A stretch of DNA of 62,902 nucleotides, counting the filler, from Klebsormidium nitens (Eukaryota > Plantae > Klebsormidiophyceae): assembly GCA_000708835.1 (NCBI GenBank). It is 10 parts of 10 records of this genome, joined end to end, with 100 filler letters (N's around TTAATTAATTAA, not from the genome) between each part and the next. Parts side by side here need not be neighbours in the genome. Positions count along the whole stretch, not along the records: positions 27,965 to 38,683 come from DF238146.1; positions 38,784 to 41,186 come from DF238694.1; positions 41,287 to 45,219 come from DF238539.1; positions 45,320 to 47,934 come from DF238662.1; positions 48,035 to 50,748 come from DF238648.1; 5 more parts are not named here. One strand, 5' to 3'. The translations under genes were made by a program, and so were the position numbers. Shown here piece after piece: positions 38,091 to 50,748 of the stretch. Positions within the stretch are counted from its first letter, which is position 1; the number at the start of each line of letters is the position of its first letter. Under the pieces are notes generated by a model, which made no database searches, was not told the DNA's origin, and saw only the letters and a program-made list of their open reading frames with translations.

Positions 38091-40060
38091 TGTCCAAAAT
38101 ACGCTCAGGCAATCGGAAACTAAGCAGGTCGCATCGCAGCAAGAAAGAAGACAGCGAACCGGCTGCAACCAGTCAACGCAGCTTGCACAAAGCTCGTGAA
38201 CGAAGCACCACCAGATGGCACAGCACTTGACAGAGGATAGAAATAAGCGCTTCGCTCAAGGCCAAGAAAGAGATTAAGCCGCATACCAAGCCATGCATCG
38301 TCACGACGAACGAATCGTCGAAGTACGTACCATCAATAATAAGAAGAAACCTCGTATACTCGCGAGGTACGCACCGTCGCAAAGTGGCATGCACAACATG
38401 CATGCAACAGAGCACCATCGCTGACTAGTACGGTACCAAATCACGCTGACTTCTGAACTCGAAGTCAGATCACTCGGATTGTTCGATTCGAAAACCAGAA
38501 TCCGCGCCGCAATGCACAACCCAGTCGAAGGGGGGGTAGCGCCATTATAAAGACAGGATCCTATGTCGTACTGTACGTTTTATCGTCGAACCCGGCCAAC
38601 GCGAGCAGGTCGAAACCCCGAGCGCGCGCTGCCCCGCATACAGCGCCGATTGAACCCATATCGATGGTTGCCCACTTCCCGAANNNNNNNNNNNNNNNNN
38701 NNNNNNNNNNNNNNNNNNNNNNNNNNNTTAATTAATTAANNNNNNNNNNNNNNNNNNNNNNNNNNNNNNNNNNNNNNNNNNNNGCGATGATGTCATGTTA
38801 AGACCATGCTGTGTCTGTGAAGAAAAGGCCGGATGCGTGTGCATGATTGCTAAAAAACCTCTGATTCGGGCTCTAGGACCGACCATACTTGACGAAGTAA
38901 AAGGACGACCAGGCTTGAGGCAGCAAGGCTGTCAGAAAGCCAACCGCATCGATCTGGTTACTCAGAGAGATTCGGCCCAAAAGAATCAAATTACAAGTTT
39001 CCGCGCACCTATCCATTCTCAAGGGTCACTTCGTTACTGCCCAGAATAGATGATGTCCGGCAAAAGCTCGTCGACATGCCCGACCTTCCCCGTTATCCGG
39101 TCGCACCGAATGAAATTTTTAGAGAGTGATCCGGCATCCGACCGTGCGCATCCTCAGACTTGTGGCGTGCTTGGGGGTCGCCACGCTTCATTCACGCTTC
39201 ACTGCCGGATCCCCTATTCCTCTCCGCTGACTCTGCTGATACGAATCGACTTTAAGAAAATTAATCATGGCGTATCATAACACCTGCCAATTGCTATCAA
39301 ATCCAGTCGCAAAGTCTTTTAAAATGAAATAGCCGCTACAGAGATTGGCATCAAGAGATTCAGATCTTACTAACGGACGGGGCCCGTATGGACCTTCGCT
39401 CGGAACAGGTAGGAGCTAGGAAACGAAAGTCTTTGATCACACGGGATGCAATCGAAAAACTTTTGGGATGGAAGCTGGTGTAGTTGAATGTCAAGGCTCC
39501 TCAGTAAGGCCGCTCTAGTTGCGAGGTTGTAGCACAATGACGTCGTCGTCATGATGCACGTAAATCTACAAGTATCCGACTTCGAGGGCCCATTTAAAAC
39601 TACACGTACTAGCGCAAACTGCAGCCAATTCAGGGAAATGGGTGGCATTGGAGAGACGGTAAGGGCCTGAGCAAGCGGGCTTCAAAAATGTGGCATAATA
39701 TAAGAGCGTGAGAGTCGCAAGGGCCAAGTAAGCAGCTGCCCACCAAGCTGATCGTCACGGCCACGGCGGAAAAAATCTTCGGGGAAGGAACTCAAATACG
39801 GATTTGGGTTTTGGAGGCGGCTCGCAACAGAGAGACAGCCCACGGACACTTTTGCCCGTCGAGTATTCTATCCATTCTCGTACGTGTTCAAACCGCGCTT
39901 CTAAACGTTGGGGCCAAAACGAAGAATGCCTGCACCGTTTCATCATTGATGTTCGCGGTTCATTGATTGAGGTAGTCAGAATCGCGACCAGCAGAAGGCT
40001 CCGCCAACTGAGGTTTGAAAGCTTTGCAAAACGTATCGCCGACTTTACCAAGGCAAGATT

Positions 40061-41000
40061 TCACCGCAGCCACGATATCAACACAGCATCGAAAGCGCAA
40101 GCATCGACTCCATGGTTTGCGCCACAGATTTTCAATGAGCCACCAAGCGGCAGTCGCTGATTTATCCGGCTGCTATCATTGATCATCAAGTTCGGCGGCG
40201 TTGTAGCGAGTTGCGGTGTGAGCGCGTTGTAAAGATAAACGCACGTAACGATGAGCGCAACCACGTCTTCTTGTCTTTCAAAATTCTGATTCATACTCAA
40301 ACCGGGCAATAAGAGCACCAGAACTCAAGACACTTCCGATTGCTGGCGCTAACTGGACATGATGGTTATTGACTCAGACGAGGAACTACAATTCACACCA
40401 GTTTAAAGGCATCAGGGGACATTGCCACTGATGGGACGTCAAAATCCCTCTAGCTGGATCCTTCATCGCCTCTTGGCGAAAGCGCCACGTCATGCTAGTT
40501 ACACGTACGAGTCTTCCGAGTCGGCGAGTTGGCACGGCGACACAAGTAAGGAAAGTGAATGTGACAAGCATGGCCTTGATTGCAAAATTGCGAAGCTCTC
40601 AGCCAATAAAGGGCGCAAGTGGATCGCGGCGACGGCAGTGGACGGCATCTTTCAAAAGCCAGACATGTGGCAGGTTTGAGCAGCAAGTGTTGAGATCTGA
40701 AAAGGTTCTATGAAGCACCCCAAACCCAAGTGTATAAATCATCCAACGGAGAACGCGAAAGCCGGTCCCCAAGTACTCCTAGCATATTCGAACCGAGATT
40801 CTCAGATTCTTAGTTAGTGACACGGCATCAGGAGACAGTAATCTGGGTAGCAGCTTGAGGCGGAAGGTCCCAGAACCCGCCAGTACGCACCTCACAACCG
40901 TTGCTGAAGCATTAAATATGCTGTTATTTCTCGTAACGCCGACAAACGCTGAATACGTCGGGGTGGTAAAATGAGATCAAGGCAGCTCAGCGGCTGTCCA
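40061..41000 (-). pseudogene. Possible highly decayed PIF/Harbinger transposase remnant
   Basis: Scattered minus-strand peptides in correct order: EYLGTGFRVLRWMIY (cf. YLGDxGYPL.PWLMTP), GAFAKRR*RI, VALIVTCVYLYNAL (cf. IV.ACCVLHN); many stops and frameshifts. Confidence 0.3.
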
Positions 41001-42745
41001 GATTGAGGGCACGTTAAGAGAGAGCGGAAAAGAGTGAGAAGAGCAGAGCGTACGATCAGATGGGTAGCATACCGCGGCCAAAGATGAACACGCACTAGTG
41101 AAATCGCATAGAGAGATCCTTTCCGTCTTTGATGTGTCATAAAGCGTATGAGAAGTTGCGGACCACTAGGAGTCGAAATGTAGGCANNNNNNNNNNNNNN
41201 NNNNNNNNNNNNNNNNNNNNNNNNNNNNNNTTAATTAATTAANNNNNNNNNNNNNNNNNNNNNNNNNNNNNNNNNNNNNNNNNNNNAGACACGTGTCGTG
41301 TAGTGATTCGATATATCAAATAAGTCGATAGCGTATAATAACGGACGATGCGCGGCCGCGAGTTTGGCGCGCAGCCAGAAGTCGGTGCGCAGTCGTGCCG
41401 TTACAACGGTCATCCTCGAATATGACTGTTGGAACTTGGATTAGCTAGCGAGCGCCGCCGCCTGTCCAGTGTCGCGGCCTACCTTAGCAACCGGGTACTA
41501 TAACAGGCCTAAGTCCTGCATGAATGGTGCCCGGGGTAGACTTGCGACGTACCGCTACCGGTAATCCGTGTACGGTCTATGTGTGGTACCGGTACAGTCG
41601 TTATTACCGGCAGACTTCCCAGGATACCACCGGGATAATCTGTCAGACAGGTAGGTACCAGCCTGGTACCGGCCGGCCACGGTGCGAGCCAAATGAGAAC
41701 CGTCAGGTAGGGTAGACTCTAGAGTCGGTAGATGTGATCTGAGGTAAATACGCAAGAACCGGCAGGCTCCTGTGAAGACCACCTGCCGTATCTTCCCAGC
41801 TACATAGAATACTGAACGTTACATGCTACCAAGCCCGGTGATTGAATTTCCGGGCAATTTTGGAATGCTTGAATGTGGGGCCGAATTGCCGCAGATTCAC
41901 GGCAATTCACCGCCCCGGTGATTTCCGGCTGCGGCGACGAGTGCCCAAAAATGGCGCAAATACAAAATTCAACTCGTCCGGAACTCCGGCGAAATGACCC
42001 GGCCCGACGGTACGAATCTGCCTGGGCCTACTTTGCACCGTAGCTATCCCGTGCAGGAACTGGGGAAGAAGGTCAGCTAGTCAGCTAGCTCAGCAGATCA
42101 GCAAAGCTGGCCATGGCTTCCCTCTCAGGGCGAGGCCATTGTGGACTAGCACCGTTAGGCTCGAAAAGCCTTGGAAAACCGTCTCCTGTTGGCTAGGAGA
42201 CTGAGTCAGTTTCAACTTTGCTTCTCACGTGTCAAGCTGAATGGCTTCAAGAAAATTAACGAAATTAACGAAATTTCGGCCTCGTGCCGCTAAACGACAA
42301 GCTTCTTCATCCATGATCAGCGTCGGATCAGAATTTGTGTCCATCGACTGCTATTATAATAGTAAGGGTCTGAACCTGCACCGTGCGATGAAAAGGTGGT
42401 TTGGAAAGGCCCCGGCGTCACGATGAGTCCACCAATCATTGGCATTGATGATAAGCGGACAGATTACCGGGATTTATCGAATAAAAAATGACTACACAAA
42501 TCCTAATTCACTCAGAAATCAGGATTGCACAGTCGTCGATGCTGCTCGGGCAAGCAGTATCAACGGTTCCGGTCGTCCGCTTGTATGGCACTGGTTCTAG
42601 GTACCGGGTACCTAGAAATCACACGCCACCCCGGCCTTTGACACTTCACTGAGCATTGCAACCGGGCATCGTATAATCTTCCAGAAGCCTGAATCTATAC
42701 CCAGTTTCCTCAGCCCACAGACCCGGTGTCATGAGTCCCGTTAGT

Positions 42746-42791
42746 AGGAGGGGACCGCCCGAAGGGCGGTCTTCCTCCTAGCCCATTCTAG
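42746..42791 (+). mobile_element. Helitron-type 3' terminus (GC hairpin + CTAG)
   Basis: GACCGCCC-gaa-GGGCGGTC stem (42753-42771, extendable with AGGAGG/CCTCCT), then CTAG at 42788-42791 followed by T. Confidence 0.55.
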
Positions 42792-45741
42792 TTTCCTTGC
42801 TAACTCTCCATTGACCTTTATGTCTAGACAAAGACCAGACTTGCCTACAGGCACCATGCACAAGCCTGTTTTTAAGCAGCTTGGCAGCTTAGCGGACGAG
42901 CTTTTCCAAGCTCCTTGCCAAGCTGGTGACCAGCCCTACAATCAGCCTTTGGCACCCATGCAGCTTAGATTTAGCAAGCACCATGTCTATGATTCATGTT
43001 CAGAAAGATTTTCAGGCCTCGGGTGAGGTGTTTCTGCTGAGGCACATGCTGCTGAGAGAGAGAGAAAGTGACCTGGCTGGCAGCCATGGCAGCACCTTCC
43101 GAGCTTCTCCTTCCCCGTTAGAGGGTCGTTTGACACTCTGAGTTGCTCAAAAGCTTGGACATGTTGAGAGTGAGACTTGCTGGCATTCACGTGTGTCAAA
43201 ACCAAGTGGGCGACCAGGCCCACGGATCCATCTTCGTGAAGAGACACGATGACCAGCATCTGAGCCAGTCTGGTCACTGTTTCAATCTCTACACAGAGTT
43301 ACTTTCGACGCTTCTCCATATGCCGAGGAATGCAGATAATGACAATAGAAGACATTCTCTCCAAGGCGTTACATTGAAAAAATGTAAGATGTGGAAGCAG
43401 AAGCTCTGAGGGATTCTGCTTGGTTAGGACGCCATTGAGAGATAAGGAGAACAGGCTAGCACTCTCAACCCTTGTCTCAACCAGCAGCCTGACCACCTTC
43501 TTTCTTCCATCTTGCTCAACCATTGTAACGCCCCGGACACTTCCCGTCACAGTCGCATTAAATTCAAGTTTTGCCCCTGGATTTCGAAAAGAATTGAATT
43601 GGCCGGCAGAATCGAAATAAAATTTGCCTGGTAAAACAGCGGTCGGACTTTCTCGCCGGGGTGTCCCGCTTGACTGCGAAATGTATCACTTATATACAAG
43701 TGCACAACTCTCAAATTTGATCAATGACATCAAAGCCACGCTGCTCGTGGGCCTCGATAAATACAAGGCTGATTGCAAACTGTAGGCCTTGCATTGGATG
43801 TAAACATTTGCATAATCGTGTGTGCTCAGGATAATGCCCAGATGTCGGATGTGAACATGTAGCCTTTGCATAACTTGTCAGCACCTATCATAACCAGCAT
43901 AAGTTGTAGGAATGGTAAATTGAACTTGAACGCTATTATGATGGTTTATATGCTATGCACCTGGGTGTGCACGCGTTCATTAATACGAAGTGACCATCGA
44001 TCCGGCGAAAACTCACTCTACCTATTTAAACCACCACCCAACCTCGGTCTCAAATTTATTATACAAGTGTCACGCGTCGCGACAACTTTCGTATCCGGTT
44101 CCGACGAACGGTACACGGTTATTTGTAGAATCGGGTCCGAGTTCACAAATTGGAAATAAGCTGACAAGCCGGGCAACGGGCAAAACCGTACTTTCCGGCG
44201 GAACCGTTTCGTCCAGATCTGCGCAATTGATAAAATTTTATGGTCTTCATTGGAACCTCCGACTCGAATCAAGCAGGAGTACTACGGTACCAAGACTGAA
44301 AGAACTCGTGCTGAAAGTTGATAGACTAGTGTAAGAGAAAGCGCTTTACAAGCACCAGCAATTGCGGCCAACTTCAGGCTTTGCGTCTCCTAAGCTACTT
44401 CTTGGGATATTGTTTTCAACATCACACGAATCTGGAGCTTCAATGGACCCCTATTATGACGCCCTCTCAACATTTTGTTTTGCTTGTCAAAGCCTCCTAT
44501 GTGCTGCCGCATGAGCCTCCTCCTTGAGCCCTAACTTGATGCTTATTGCAAAGTGTAAAATGTAACATGCATTGCTTTCAAGTCTATAACACGGAGTCAC
44601 GGCCGAGCAAAAATTGTCCGACTATTTGTATCGTACGAAGAAATCTGAGTCGGCGCAATCGACTCGGCCGGTATCCACCAGCTAGCTTGTGAAGCCGCAT
44701 ATGACGTCGGACATTGTATTGTGACTTGGAAATTCGCACTAAAAGATGCATGGTGAGGATTCAGGCGCTTCTTCTCTGAAGGCGCTTGTGTGTGAGGGTG
44801 GTGGATTCCGTCGTAGGAACGTATGATTTTAATAGATGTATTTTTGGAACTTGACGAGGCCAATGATCGCGTCCAGAAGTGGGCACTCAGAGCAGTCTTT
44901 GATACATGTTCTCTGCGGATGGCAAATCATGCCGCGGATACCGCAGCCAAGATTGCGTTGCTTGGCATCTGTGGAAACTGGTGGTTGCGCCAAGGGTGCC
45001 GGCTGCTTGTTTGCCAAGGCTCACAAGCCTTGCTCTTACGGCAACACACGTAAGCACGCGGGCCCAAGCTCTTGCCCCATTCGAGCGGCCGCCTCCATGG
45101 ACTCTGCAACGGCCCCCAACCATACAGGATATCGCTAAACATTCCGGTCGCTGTCCGGGCCCTTCCCGCTCGGCCAGTTAGCTTGGATAGGATGTTATAT
45201 TTTGCTTCGTCCTGTTGAGNNNNNNNNNNNNNNNNNNNNNNNNNNNNNNNNNNNNNNNNNNNNTTAATTAATTAANNNNNNNNNNNNNNNNNNNNNNNNN
45301 NNNNNNNNNNNNNNNNNNNCTAACAACCCACAATCGGGTGCCCCTGAGTAGCTTCTAAGGTTCGACCCTTGCGGTCTTTCAAGGGAATAAAAGGTTTCAA
45401 AGGGTCCTGTATGCTCACCACTTGCGCCTCTACACCAGGCTTGAGCTCTGTAGCGCACGTCGAAGCTTGGGTGGCAGCGCCGTGCACGACAAAGCCAGTA
45501 ATGATCACTTGGCTAAATGGGCCGCCCTCACTGCTCCGGGCATGGTAGATCCCAGCATGTATTAGATTGCATACAATGAATGCGAAGCAATTGCAAAAAG
45601 CACTAGATGTAGCGGGGTTACAGAAGGTAGATTCCACCGTAAGATAGGCCACTGGGCAACCCTATTGCTCTGTGACGGTTGGCCAGCTTAAGCGAAGTGC
45701 TGGCGGGATAACTAGACACACATACAGCACACGAGATATCT

Positions 45742-46815
45742 ACGGTGCTTTATTTGATCCTCGTGAATCGCCGCAATTCCCGAGGGCCGGTGCCGGGTCC
45801 GTCCCGGGACCGTCCCCTTGGGATCCCGGACGGTAAAATTCTCGCTAGGGGAATATCGCGGCACCGTCGTGGGACGGCAATAGACAGTCATGGGGTGCCC
45901 GAGTTTTTCCGCAAGTCTCCGGATTCGATTTCGATAGACACAATTCGACCCCGGGTCCCAAGGCCATACTAGAGTCTACCTAGTACTTTCATTCGGTAAC
46001 AGGTAGATCGGATCTGTTTGAAGGTACCTAGTCGTACCTACCCTAGGTACTAGGTAGCCTAGCCCCAGCTTGCGGCACGCCGGCAGCCTACCTATTCGGT
46101 ACCGTATTAGGTACCCGTGGATCAACCGGCAGCCATCCAGTACCTACCTAGTACCGGTAGGTATGTACTTGCATTGAATGGTAGGCAGTACCGGTAGGTA
46201 CCTGTTAGTTTTGTACCGGTAGAAACAAGATTTTACCGGTACTGCAATCCGGTGGTATGTACCGCTTGCAATCAAACTGAGTATAGAGGGGGACCGACGG
46301 TACTAACATGCTAGTCGCACTGCATGTCAACCGTACGATTTGCCAATGGGGGTATACGAATACTGATTCCCTCCGGACCCCTTTTCAAGGCTAGGTAGCT
46401 ATGAAGGAGGAGCTTTGTGTAATTTTCATGGGGCGCCTTCAAAATGGAGGAGCCTTCATAAAAGCCCCATGAACCACCATCTTTGGGGATCAACTTTTGA
46501 TGGCACCTTGTGACCATACACAAGACACCCCATGCAGCATGCCTACAAATTTCCACAGGTATATAGTTCTTTAAAATCTCTGTTGCTCTACGTGAAGTTA
46601 ATGTATTTATCTAGTAAATCCCCATATTGTCCCGGGAACATATGGGGATCCTCTGAATATTGCCCGTTCCGACCCCGGTCGATCCCCGGACGAACCTCCA
46701 GAAAACCCCGTGAAAATTTCGAATTACTCACGGGGTGTACGGGATAATCCCGGGACGGCCGTGCGACCGATCGACGGTAATTGCCCCAATTCACGAGGCT
46801 CCAATTAAGCACCGT
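45742..46815. mobile_element. Non-autonomous element bounded by long imperfect inverted repeats (~110 bp)
   Basis: 45742-45850 (ACGGTGCTTTATTTGATCCTCGTGAATCG...CCGTCCCGGGA) aligns to the reverse complement of ~46705-46815. Confidence 0.55.
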
Positions 46816-47618
46816 CGCTACCTCGTGCAGCCATGTGCGGAAACCATGTTTGCAGGCATTCTCGGATGGAGGCGCTTGCTCTGTAAAAATGTTGTCTTTC
46901 TGCTCAAGACAGTTCTGCTTGCTGGTTGGGAATTCGCACTTCGAATGATCCCCGCAAGGTTTCGTGTCTTGCTCCACTTTGTGTTCAGCCAAGTCTTGAA
47001 TCGTGGAGAGGCTGCTTCGAGGGGTGCCCGCGGGCATCTCGTAGCCGCGTCCAGTCATGTCCAGAACAGCTTACTTACTGGAACTGCAAACTACGACCAC
47101 ACAATAGAGCGCCATGCACCATGCCAAGCAATCCTCGTCAGGCCATAGTCTTGCAAGATCATGCAGTCACATCATTGACTCAGCATATTTATCTTGCACT
47201 CTACGAACTATATTCGGTGGCGTAATTAATCAACTTGCATTAACTACGTCACATCAATACTGTGCTCATACGCCTCAACCCGGCGTACGCGCGCACCCGA
47301 AGGTTAACTAACTGGTGACGATGTGCGGTTAGACTTAACCATAGCCCATCGGTCACATGCTCCTCCCCTGATCGAGCAGATTCGCAGACTCGCTCGCTCC
47401 TGAGCTCCCGTGCCCTGAACTCTTATGGATTGTCAGAAAAGAAAGGCCCCGGACGCTCTTAATTAGCAGAAGTGTGCGTTGAAGCACGAGCGCCACAATG
47501 GCACCTCTGTCCATATTCCTTGGAAAGGTGACAAAAATAGTAGTGAGTTGTGCTACGGTGGCAGCGCAAGTGAGGTTAGGGGCTGTTGTGGAGAACGTTG
47601 CTAAGCCCGCATCTCTCT

Positions 47619-47934
47619 TGTTAGAATCCGGTGATTATGGTCAGCCGGATTACTCCGTGATTAGGGTTCGGACCGAGTTAGGGTTTGAACTAGTGAACGC
47701 CGGCGTGCGTGCACAGCGGTTAGGCGGTTAACCTTGGAGGTTAGGCGGTTGAGAGGGCCGCCGATATGGAGCCGTAGATGAGGATATCGATGGATATGAT
47801 TGAGTGTGAGTGTGATCTAGGCTAGTGAGCCTAGTAGTGTGTGACTTAGGCTGTGAGCCTAGTAGGCTAGTGAGCCAAGTGGAACGGAAGAGACCCGTAG
47901 ACTTATAGTGGTGGAAACCACTATTCTGATACAT
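47619..47934 (+). repeat. Copia-family LTR, 5' part (truncated by gap)
   Basis: Starts TGTTAGAATCCGGTGATTAT; homologous to 48498-49090 (reverse) and nearly identical to 54869-55048. Confidence 0.85.
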
Positions 47935-48497
47935 NNNNNNNNNNNNNNNNNNNNNNNNNNNNNNNNNNNNNNNNNNNNTTAATTAATTAANNNNNNNNNN
48001 NNNNNNNNNNNNNNNNNNNNNNNNNNNNNNNNNNAGGCTTAACCAGTCGTAATCGTTACAGTTTGCATCGTTAGGGCCCCTCTGAAGCAATATAAATCAA
48101 TCAGTTACCTGCACAACGAGCTTGTTTGTGAGGAAAGGCCGAGATGCAGTGCCGGGGAGCTTAAGAGGAGAAGTCTTAACTCGTCATATCTAGTGAACAT
48201 CTCTGTGCATCCAATGCAAAAGGATTGTGACACTAGAATTTTGATCGTCAGGACTTTGCTAAACATGCAGAGGGTTGGCAATACAGAAGTGGCAAGAGAC
48301 TCTCGCTTTGTTGGAGCTCAGCTTCTCGAGGTCTTCACGCTCTCTTGGTTCAAATGGGAGTCCAATGGCGTACGGATTGATGACCAATCCCTGACTGAGT
48401 TGTGCTGATGACTTTCAGGGATGGTATTTGGTGGGTCGGTTTGAGTAAAGGAGACGCTTAAATGACAGATTTTTGAAGCGGTCAGATCCAATGTTCC

Positions 48498-50748
48498 TGT
48501 TGAAACTCATGGTAGGGAATCGTAGTGTAGCTGAGGTACTCGTATCGGGTCTTATCGTGTTGCCCGGCACCCATGCTTTTCACTCATTGATGGCAGCCAT
48601 GCATCCTAAGAGGATCACACGAAGCGTTTCACAAGCGACTTCCTTGTCTCTACGAACTTCTTAGAATGATGTATCACAAGAGCGTTTCTCACCACTATTG
48701 TCTCACGGGTCTCTCCCGTTCCACTAGGCTCACTAGCCTACTAGGCTTACTAGCCTAAGTCACACACTACTAGGCTCACTAGCCTATATCACAATCACAC
48801 TCAATCTTAGCCTTCGATATCCTCATCTACGGCTAACATTGACGGCCGCTCTAAGTCACACACTACTAGGCTCACTAGCCTAGCTCACAATCACACTCAA
48901 TCTTAGCCTTCGATATCCTCATCTACGGCTAACATTGACGGCCGCTCTCAACCGCCTAACCCCAAATCGCCTGACGGTTTAACCGTCCAACCGCCGTACA
49001 CGCACGCCGGCGCTCACTCGTTCAAACCCTAACTCGGGGCGAACCCTAAAACACAATAATGCGGCTGAGCATAATCACCGAATTCTAACACTCCCACTCA
49101 GACGAATTACGCAAAGCCTCTAACTCGTCACGCTCCTCTTGAGGGCTGTCTTCTTCGCCTTTGGCGTCACCCACACGCCTCCACTGTCGTCACTCTCGCT
49201 CTCCTGGTAGTGCACTGCGTCGCTCGTCTCCGACGACGTCTTCTCCACTCCGTGCTCCGGCTCTTCGGCTCCCACGGCTTCCGTTGCTGCTTCCACATTT
49301 GCCCTATATCACTCGGCGGGCTCCCGTCGCACCCTCGCGGGATATCTTCCAACTCATGGGACTCCACTACAGGCTTCTCCGTTGGTTGTTCCACAGCGAC
49401 GGGCTCACTCTCTCCCGCCGTCACGGGGCTCTCCTTGTCCTTTCCGATCTCCTCGGACACCTACCTGTGTACAACTTCGCGCATCAATTCCACAATCGGC
49501 CCACTTCGACCTTTCTTTGAAATCGTGCGCGCGGCGCGGCCGCGATCCGTCGCGGGCGCGTGCGCGTCCCCCTCGCGCGCTGTTTCGAACTTCACCCCTT
49601 TCTCGACCATTTTGGAACCTGTGCGCGGCCCTTCGTCCGCCCCCACAAAAGTTCCCCTCTCTCGTTCGACGCCCCCATTCTCGTCGTCCGACTCGTCTAG
49701 ATCGACCTCCACGACCTTCACCGTCTTTTTCACCACGCTTTCTGCTCTTACCGGCCTCTTTGCCGTGGCGCACACCCCGTTCCCCACGACCGGACCCCTC
49801 GCAAAAAATGCTCTCTGCTTCCCTCACGGTCTCTATCTCCCATAGTCCTCCACGCTTGACTGCCTCCATACGGACCACATTTTCCGTCTCGATCTGCGCG
49901 GTTCTCCCCTCGAGCACCACTCGTGCTCCCGCGTTAGCGCTCTAGTTAGCAAGAACAAACTCGCCTTTGCCCTCGGAGCGTTGCCGGACCTCCCTCAAGA
50001 TTACCGTACTCACACCGCTGGGGTCTTAAACTTAAGCTCCACTTCTCCAATGCCCACTGCAATCAGAGATTCACCACAAATTCCCACGATCTTCTCGACA
50101 CGCACAAGCTCTCTTTAGCTCGTGAACTGGCTCCGATCGGCCGTGACATGCTGGGTGCTGCCCGAGTCTACAATCCACACCCCGTTGCGCACATCCCCGT
50201 CGTCGCCCCACGCCGTAAAGGCTACCCCGTTTGCATTCTCCGCAAACTCTCTCTCCTCTGCGGGGCCACTTTTGCGCGCACTCTGCCCACACACCACCTT
50301 TGTTGGCCCCTCTTGCCGCACTTGCGACACTCCACATCGCGCAATCTGCACTTTGCCTTAATGTGGCCCACATTGCCACAACAGTAGCACGTTGGCGGGT
50401 TTGAGCTCCCGCCTCTGACCTCCGAGCTTTTTCCCAGCGCGTTTGAGCTTCCCGGCCCTTCTCTAAGCTCGAGTAGCCCCTATGCTGGGCGGCATACGCG
50501 ACAGCCTCATCCCCACCCGAAGTCCCCTTCAAGGATCCCGCTTCAGCCCTCAACTTTAGCTTCTGCTCTCTCTGCATTAGCTTTGGCTAAAACTCATCTA
50601 GGATTAGCTCTTCCTCTCCGAGCTCTAAGAACTCACAACGGTGGCATACTCTTCGGGCAAACCCTCCAAAACGTGCACGGCCAGCTCACCCTCTGAAACG
50701 GTTTGTCCCGCCGCCTCTACATGTATCTTGAAGTCCCGGAATTCCCCT
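48498..50748 (-). mobile_element. Ty1/Copia-derived LTR element, gag-protease only, with 3' LTR (5' part lost in gap)
   Basis: Minus-strand degenerate gag (ELAVHVLEGLPEEYATVV), CCHC knuckle (CYCCGNVGHIKAKC), Copia protease WIVDSGSTQHVTADRSQF; polypurine tract GAGTGGGAG abutting an LTR that reads TGTTAGAAT (49090) to TTTCAACA (48498). Stops and frameshifts present. Confidence 0.85.
48757..48948. repeat. 96-bp tandem duplication inside the LTR
   Basis: AAGTCACACACTACTAGGCTCACTAGCC...GACGGCCGCTCT twice, nearly identical. Confidence 0.9.

Larger units (their letters stand above)
27965..38683 (-). mobile_element. Helentron/Helitron2-type rolling-circle DNA transposon (ends run into assembly gaps)
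   Basis: Contains HUH Rep, PIF1 helicase, fused AP endonuclease and an RPA70-like gene in the same orientation, filling the whole contig; a small hairpin ACCGTC-tgtc-GACGGT (27972-27987) lies near the 3' end. Confidence 0.88.

Noticed and set aside
45340-45375. GGTTCGACCC B-box-like motif (tRNA/SINE)
   Set aside because: No A-box or cloverleaf recognisable; abuts a gap.
48473-48664. Peptide HSLMAAMHP recurring in ORFs at 48473, 53069 and 53654, suggesting a small protein family
   Set aside because: All three lie in the 3' part of the same LTR; conservation is at DNA level and frames are broken between copies.
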